64,000 nt of DNA from contig JALMLS010000216.1 of assembly GCA_038496445.1 (NCBI GenBank), positions 186,001 to 250,000 on the forward strand, given 5' to 3'. Shown in pieces: positions 58,019 to 64,000 of this stretch. The stretch comes from Trichosphaerium sp. ATCC 40318 (lineage: Eukaryota; Protista; Tubulinea). Position 1 is the first letter of the stretch. Each line of letters starts with the position of its first letter. A program made the translations under genes and the position numbers. The notes under the pieces are model-generated. The model saw nothing but the letters and a program-made list of their open reading frames with translations. It was not told the DNA's origin and did not search any database.

Positions 58019-60128
58019 TTAAACACTGCTCAATAAGCTACTACTATAATAACCGCTACTCAACATTGAGTCATCATCATCCTCAGTGAATTCCTTTGGC
58101 AACAGTGACGTACTGCCATTTGGCATAACCGTAGCAGTAGTAATCGTAATATTATCGCCTTGTTGATTAATAGTGGGCGTGGGTGTAGCTGGTACATCTA
58201 TCAAAGGAAAAGCCAGCAAAATTGTAAAAGCTGACAAGCCACAAAGTGAAGCGTTGACGCCAAAATTCGCTGCAAACTTAAACTGAGGTTCTAGAACAAA
58301 GTGAGTCGCACAGTAGTAACGTTTCAACTAACCTGATGCAAAATACATTGGCACGTTCCAGTGTGGAAGTATTATACGCCCCAATAGGCCACTGAATACC
58401 ATACAGCTCAGAAGAAAATTCTACAAAAGAAAATAAATAAATACTCAGCTCTACAATTTTTTTCACATACGTTATTTACATGTCGTCCAAGCTTAGATGC
58501 CTGGTAAAACATTGCCAGGCGAGTAATAGGAAATCCAAGATTTAGAAGAGAAAACCTTTAAGAAATTTTTAGTGAGAAGAATAAAAGTATTGCTGGTCGT
58601 TCAGCTCTTAATACATACCCTATAAAAAATTGTATTTGTGTCAATCCATCATAGTCAATGATAGTGAGGTATCCAGCTGTTTGTAAAACTAATCCCAGAA
58701 CCATACTGATCCTAGCATCGAAGTGTTGACCAAATAGTTCCATAACTATTGTCACCAAAATGTTTATCCCACCAACTATTATGTACACATAATTTGAACT
58801 TACAGTGCCAAATTTAAACGTGTCCATCATTATAGGCGTAGCGACAGTCTCATTAACCACAAAGGTAAGTGTGTTGATAAAAAAAGTTGCAAAGAAAATA
58901 ATGAACACAAACAATGATAAGCTGTTTCGGTTTGATCTGAGCTTCATCTGTGGTGCAACTAAAAGGTGTCAAAACTCGAATACCATGTACTCCAAAATTT
59001 ACCTGGAGCTTGTGGAGCACGCTCAGTATCATCACCAACTTGGAAAACAAAGCGTCTCTCAGTAAAAAACAAAGCCCATAGAATAAAAGAAACCACTCCT
59101 AGACACGCCTACAAGTACTTAAATAAGTAAAAGGATCGTGCAGGATTGTACTTGCCTGTAAATATCCAGGACCAGTAAATTCATCAATGTGACCATAACG
59201 CGAGTCGCTACCCAAAGCAATGCGCTTTCCCATGAAATGAAATGCTAGTTTGCTTATGTCAATGTTGTTTGTTATGTTAATAAATTGTCTTGCTTACCTA
59301 TAGCTATCGTTGGTCCAACTATGAACCCAACTGACGTCACTACTCGTATACGTAGCAGGTATTTATTTCTATCATTTGCTACAATATAACGACCAGCAAA
59401 CGTTCGCGTTCCCGAATTTTCGCCTCCTTTTAAAGATTAGTGTACACCAACGCACGTGTTTCTTTTTTAGGTTTTTTAAGTAAAGACACGTCTCATACCT
59501 TTACCAATACCAGTAATCAATCTAGAAAGGATAAAAACCCACCAATACTGTATATCTTTAATACCAAGCCAGACAGGAATACTACAAAGAAAATTTGGTA
59601 AACAGAAAGAAAACAAACTCGATAAGTTACATAGAAAGTAGAAAATAAGTACCTGCAATACAGTAACCCGCCTAGGATAGATACAGCGAATGATATGAGT
59701 AGCACGTGCTAACAAAGTCATAAGATCCAGTTTTGACATTATTTTTGAAACTGTTTACCTTAATACGACTCTTTTGTGGTTTATAGCTAAATAATGGTAT
59801 GGCAATTAATTCTCCAATGCCGTACGCCGATACTGAAAAAGATAGAACTAGATAAGGGTAATTGTTGTGTTTGTGAGTCTAGGAGATGTTAGTACTGTGT
59901 TATACGCTCCGCAAACACGTACATCAAGAATATACGGCCATAATGTCGCCCAAAGAATAGAAACGGACGTAGATGTAAAAAATAAGGCTAAATAGAATAA
60001 TATGAATTTTGTGTAGTGCGTTTGATGACCCTCAAGTCCTCTAAAGACTATAAAGTGTTACGCCAAGTATTACTTACAATAAACATACCTGTATGTGTGA
60101 ACGCTTTTCTAGGCGCATTGGTATCCAT
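58019..60128 (-). CDS. MFS transporter (MFSD8/CLN7-like)
   Basis: SVSILWATLWPY, SAYGIGELIAIPLFSY, FILSRLITGIG, VTSVGFIVGPTIA, FTGPGYLQ, FVVNETVATPI. Confidence 0.8.
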
Positions 60129-60352
60129 CTACACCATTGCAATTATGAATTCGTAAATGTAATAGCAAAATTCTTCAACTGAAGAATTACGAAAAAAATA
60201 AGTTAATCAAGTCCACCTTAGTCAGTTTCGCTCACTGAATCAAGGACAAAAAATGCCAGTTGTGCTATTTAAACCTGCACTATCTAAAAAAGTGATTTCG
60301 TTTACAGATGATATAGTACAAAGTAATTAACCACTAAAGATAAATGCTTTAT

Positions 60353-61902
60353 TCAGTTTTTTTTGTCTTGCGGATACACTAAGCCAATTTGCTTTTTGAC
60401 TTCATCAATGATTTTACAAAATACCATAGATTCATCTAAAGGCATCAGGGGACTTTCAGTCTTGCCCTATACAGGTATAAACATTAAATGTGGCAAAGTT
60501 AAAGAAAATGTGTCTTACTTCTTGCATGCAACGTGTCACATGTTCGGCCTCATACATCATGCCTGTTCCATTTACAAAGTTCAGTTTTGCTAACTCTGGC
60601 TTGATTTTTTCCATACTATTCGGTGGCATTGGAAAATCAAATACTTCAGGCTTTTCAGCGTCACCAACAAAAAGTTGAACCTAGTTAAAACACTTTAATT
60701 ATTACCCAAAAAATGTTTTCTCGTTACCGTTGGTGGACACCAAAATGGTTGTGGCACGATAATGCGCCCTTTAGTTCCCCAAATGCTTGCTGCATTATTT
60801 TGTGGAGAGACAAAACTTGATGATAGTACAGCTGTTCGGCCACCCTTATATCCTAAGATAATGTATCAGATAAAACAATACGAAGTAATTATACCTAGAA
60901 AAATTGCATTTTGCTCGTCAAATCCTTCTGGACTCAGTACACCACTAGCCTATAATATCACACCGATTAATTACTACGTATTTATAAATGGAGGATTAAT
61001 GCCAAGTACATTAATTGTTGTAGGCATCTCTGGGCCAAATATCATTGACGCAAATGAGATCGTGTAAATACCAATGTCTAATAGAGCTCCAGCACCATAC
61101 TCCAGTTTGTTCTAACACTGTTACTAATCGACCCACTAATACAAATAGTGTGTCAAACGTACCAATCTTGGATTGTCAGAAGTGGTAGCGTCAAAGCCAA
61201 AATTTACTGAAACGGTTTTCACCTATGTACTTTTTTAAGTGACATGTGCAACAATTTCGTTCATACTTCGCCTATTTTCCCTTCTGATATAAGTTCCTGT
61301 ACTTTCTTTATTCCTGGGAAAAATCTAAAAATACTCAGTACGTTTTTAGATAGAATGAAGATTTCAAAAGCAACCACTAAGGTGAAGATCTGACCTTGTC
61401 CAAACACCTTCCATTAAGAACAGGTTTGCTTTTTTAGCTGCATTCATAACGTCTTCGCCTTGTTTGCCATTCATTGTCATTGGTTTCTCACATAGAACAG
61501 CAACGCCTAAAGTGAGCGTGAGGAATGTGAAAGTAGAAAATTTGACATACCATTGTTTAAGTATTCTAAAGCGAGTTGCGCATGGTACGTATGTATAACC
61601 CCAATGTACACAATGTCAACAACGCCGCTTTTGGCGAGTTCGGCGTGAGAACTATGTCATTAGTGTAAGGAGTATTTTATTTCGCGTACCCAAACGCATT
61701 AGGTACGTTTCGTGGCTCTGCAAATTGTTTTGCCTTTTCTACTGTTCTGCTTGCAACTCCAGTCACCTTGGCACCTATAACATCACTCAGAGGTAACTTA
61801 CAGTGTCGATGTACCTTCAACGGCCTGTAAAGCAGCGTAGAAATCAGCACATATTTTCCCAGTTCCAGCAATACCCCAATTTATTGTTTTAGCAGCTGAC
61901 AT
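60353..61902 (-). CDS. Gfo/Idh/MocA-family oxidoreductase (dihydrodiol dehydrogenase-like)
   Basis: INWGIAGTGKI, VDIVYIGVIHTYH, VLCEKPMTMN, FLMEGVWTRFFP, GAGALLDIGIY, GMMYEAEHV. Confidence 0.92.
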
Positions 61903-62175
61903 TCTTGTACACACTTTGAATAATGATTAGGTTTTTGATCAACAAAACGTGACAGGAATACGCAAAGTTTTGGTAGTTAAAGTCGGTATTTCGATGTAGA
62001 GGAGAAACAAGGTTTCGGGAATTATCTTGACACTCCTTCTTTGACGTCTGGTGCCTTATAAACACTTTTTTTTTTGCAAAACAGTGTGTCGGTTGTAGTC
62101 AAGAAAATCAAAACCAAACTTTTGTTGAAAATAGACTAAAACGTTACCAATCGCTTATCGAAACAACACGGAGGC

Positions 62176-64000
62176 ATGGCATCTTTTGCCTCCGCATTAC
62201 TTGATGCTGTAACACCAAGCAGCTTTAAAATCGACCAAGGAAACCCTCCAGATGATGGAGTACAACAACAGTCTAGAAAACGAGCAGAAGGAGACGCGCA
62301 AATGAGTCCTAGAAGATCAAGCTCCTTCGTTAACCCAAGTGGTGTCAATAGTGTTAAAGAGCATAAAAAACACGCGAGAAGGCCTCACAGCGGCTCGTTA
62401 CCGCCAAGTGTAAAAAATAGCTCAGGCAATCACCGTCGCGGTAACCATGAGCATAAGCACGCGAGTGGCGCTAGGCACAAGAAGAGTGGAAAAGAATTAT
62501 CTGACGGAAAAGAAAAATCTGGCTACAGCAAGCAGAAGAAGCCGAAGAAAGAATTGACACCAGAGGAGAAAGAAAAAGAGCAACGCCTACGAGAAGCAAG
62601 GCGCCTTTGTACGTTCCCAATTTGCACGCGTCATGCCTAGCGCGACACTGAAGCAAGAGTTTACAAAAATACTCTTTATGTTTTTCAAAAGTCGCTCAAA
62701 CGAACGGAATAACTTTTTGTGGCGCGCCACTGCAGATGTTAGTAACGATTTATTTAACTAACTGATATTTGTAGTACGTCTGGAACAAGTAAAGCGAGAG
62801 GAAGTCCGTATGGCTGAGCTATTTCGTCAATTAGAAGAAGCGTTTGTTAAAGCCGATGAGGTAAGACTTTGAGACTATATAACATGTCACCAACCTTTTT
62901 TTGATGTAAAAGAACAAGACATCAAAAAAAAACGTGCAGAAATTGTTTTCGTTTGAGTAAAGAAAAATTATACTTGTTATCGTTTCACCGCGTAATATTA
63001 ACGTGTACGCCTTAGGATGGTGCTGTAGCAATTAAAAAAGAACTCGATATTCTCAGACAGAAACAACATAAGAGAGAGGAACGGCGTAAGCAAATGGAAC
63101 AAAGGAAAAAGAAAAAACCTGTTAAAAAAAAGAATGGTAAAAAAAAGGGTGCCGCACCAAGGCCAAAACCAACAACCGTACGTTCGTACAAATGGCTTCA
63201 TTATTAGCTGTTTTTTTTGTTTGTCCACAAATTTCTTTTTGCGTGACTGAGAATACTTAGGTTGACACAGAGGAGAGTATCTCAAAGAAACTCGAAGCTG
63301 CTGAGCAGGTGAGAATTTTTTTTCTTCAACTCATCGACTAATACAGGTATCTAGGTTCATTTTGATGTTTTGCATCCGCCTCGTGCCAAAAAATGTTGTT
63401 TGGTTCTTGACATTGATTACACTCTATTTGATCACCGCTGGCAACAAGCATTAAAATCAGAGTATAAGCGTGAACGTCACATGATTATTGAGTTTAAACG
63501 TCCGTACTTGCACGAATTTTTGGTACGTTTATATTTGCGTAGTACTCACTTGAAACTATTCAGATTAGTCTCTTTCTTGTCTAATATATTATAGACGACG
63601 TGCCACGAATTTTACGATTTGATCATATGGTCGGCAACGTCTATGGTTGCTATTCAATCTAAAATTACTAATCTCAAGATTTTGGATTCAAAAACTTATC
63701 ATATTCAATTTGGTATGTATAACAATTGTTTGTTTATTTTTTTGGCGCTTGTTCGAGTATTTTTAAAGGTGATTTTCTATTTTAGTTCTGTCTAAAGAAC
63801 ACATGTTTTACATAAACAAAAGAAGAAATCCAAAAACTATTGTTGGTGAGACAGTGAAGCCTCTAGATGTCATTTGGTCCAAATTTCCTGAATTTTATGG
63901 AAAGCACAATACTATTCACGTACGACTTCATGCTTTAGATAATGAATTGTGTGTCTAAATTGTTCTGCAGATTGACGACTTGGGTTCGAACTTTCAACTA
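62176..64000 (+). CDS. FCP1/HAD-IIID phosphatase, UBLCP1-like; 3' end beyond the window
   Basis: [70 protein letters not shown]. Confidence 0.85.

Overview
Gene-dense, AT-rich, intron-rich eukaryotic genomic DNA, probably a free-living protist of amoebozoan type (inference from gene content and short GTACGT/GTAAGT...YAG introns). About 29 protein-coding genes can be reconstructed by manual splicing. They include a RasGEF, Sec6/EXOC3, a LIM protein, a La-motif protein, a 2OG-Fe(II) oxygenase, a TEY MAPK, an alpha/beta hydrolase, a GST, an M28 aminopeptidase, two MFS transporters, DP, a Kazal protein, SPRY and F-box/SPRY proteins, GPI, an F-box SNF2 helicase, a Gfo/Idh/MocA oxidoreductase and a UBLCP1-like phosphatase. 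Most striking: (1) one spliced ORF fusing a full actin domain, with the Q137 and H161 catalytic positions substituted, to a Sec23-type zinc finger plus vWA module of the CPRas1 type; (2) strong enrichment of the palindrome (T)CACGTG(A) inside short introns across the window; (3) an intronless tRNA-Tyr(GUA) with a tRNA-His-like body nested in a GPI intron; (4) minor-spliceosome (U12)-like introns with relaxed donors, plus several frame-forced GC-AG introns; (5) a tandem pair of covarying ~67-nt hairpins. All gene models and counts are by-eye predictions and no database searches were run.
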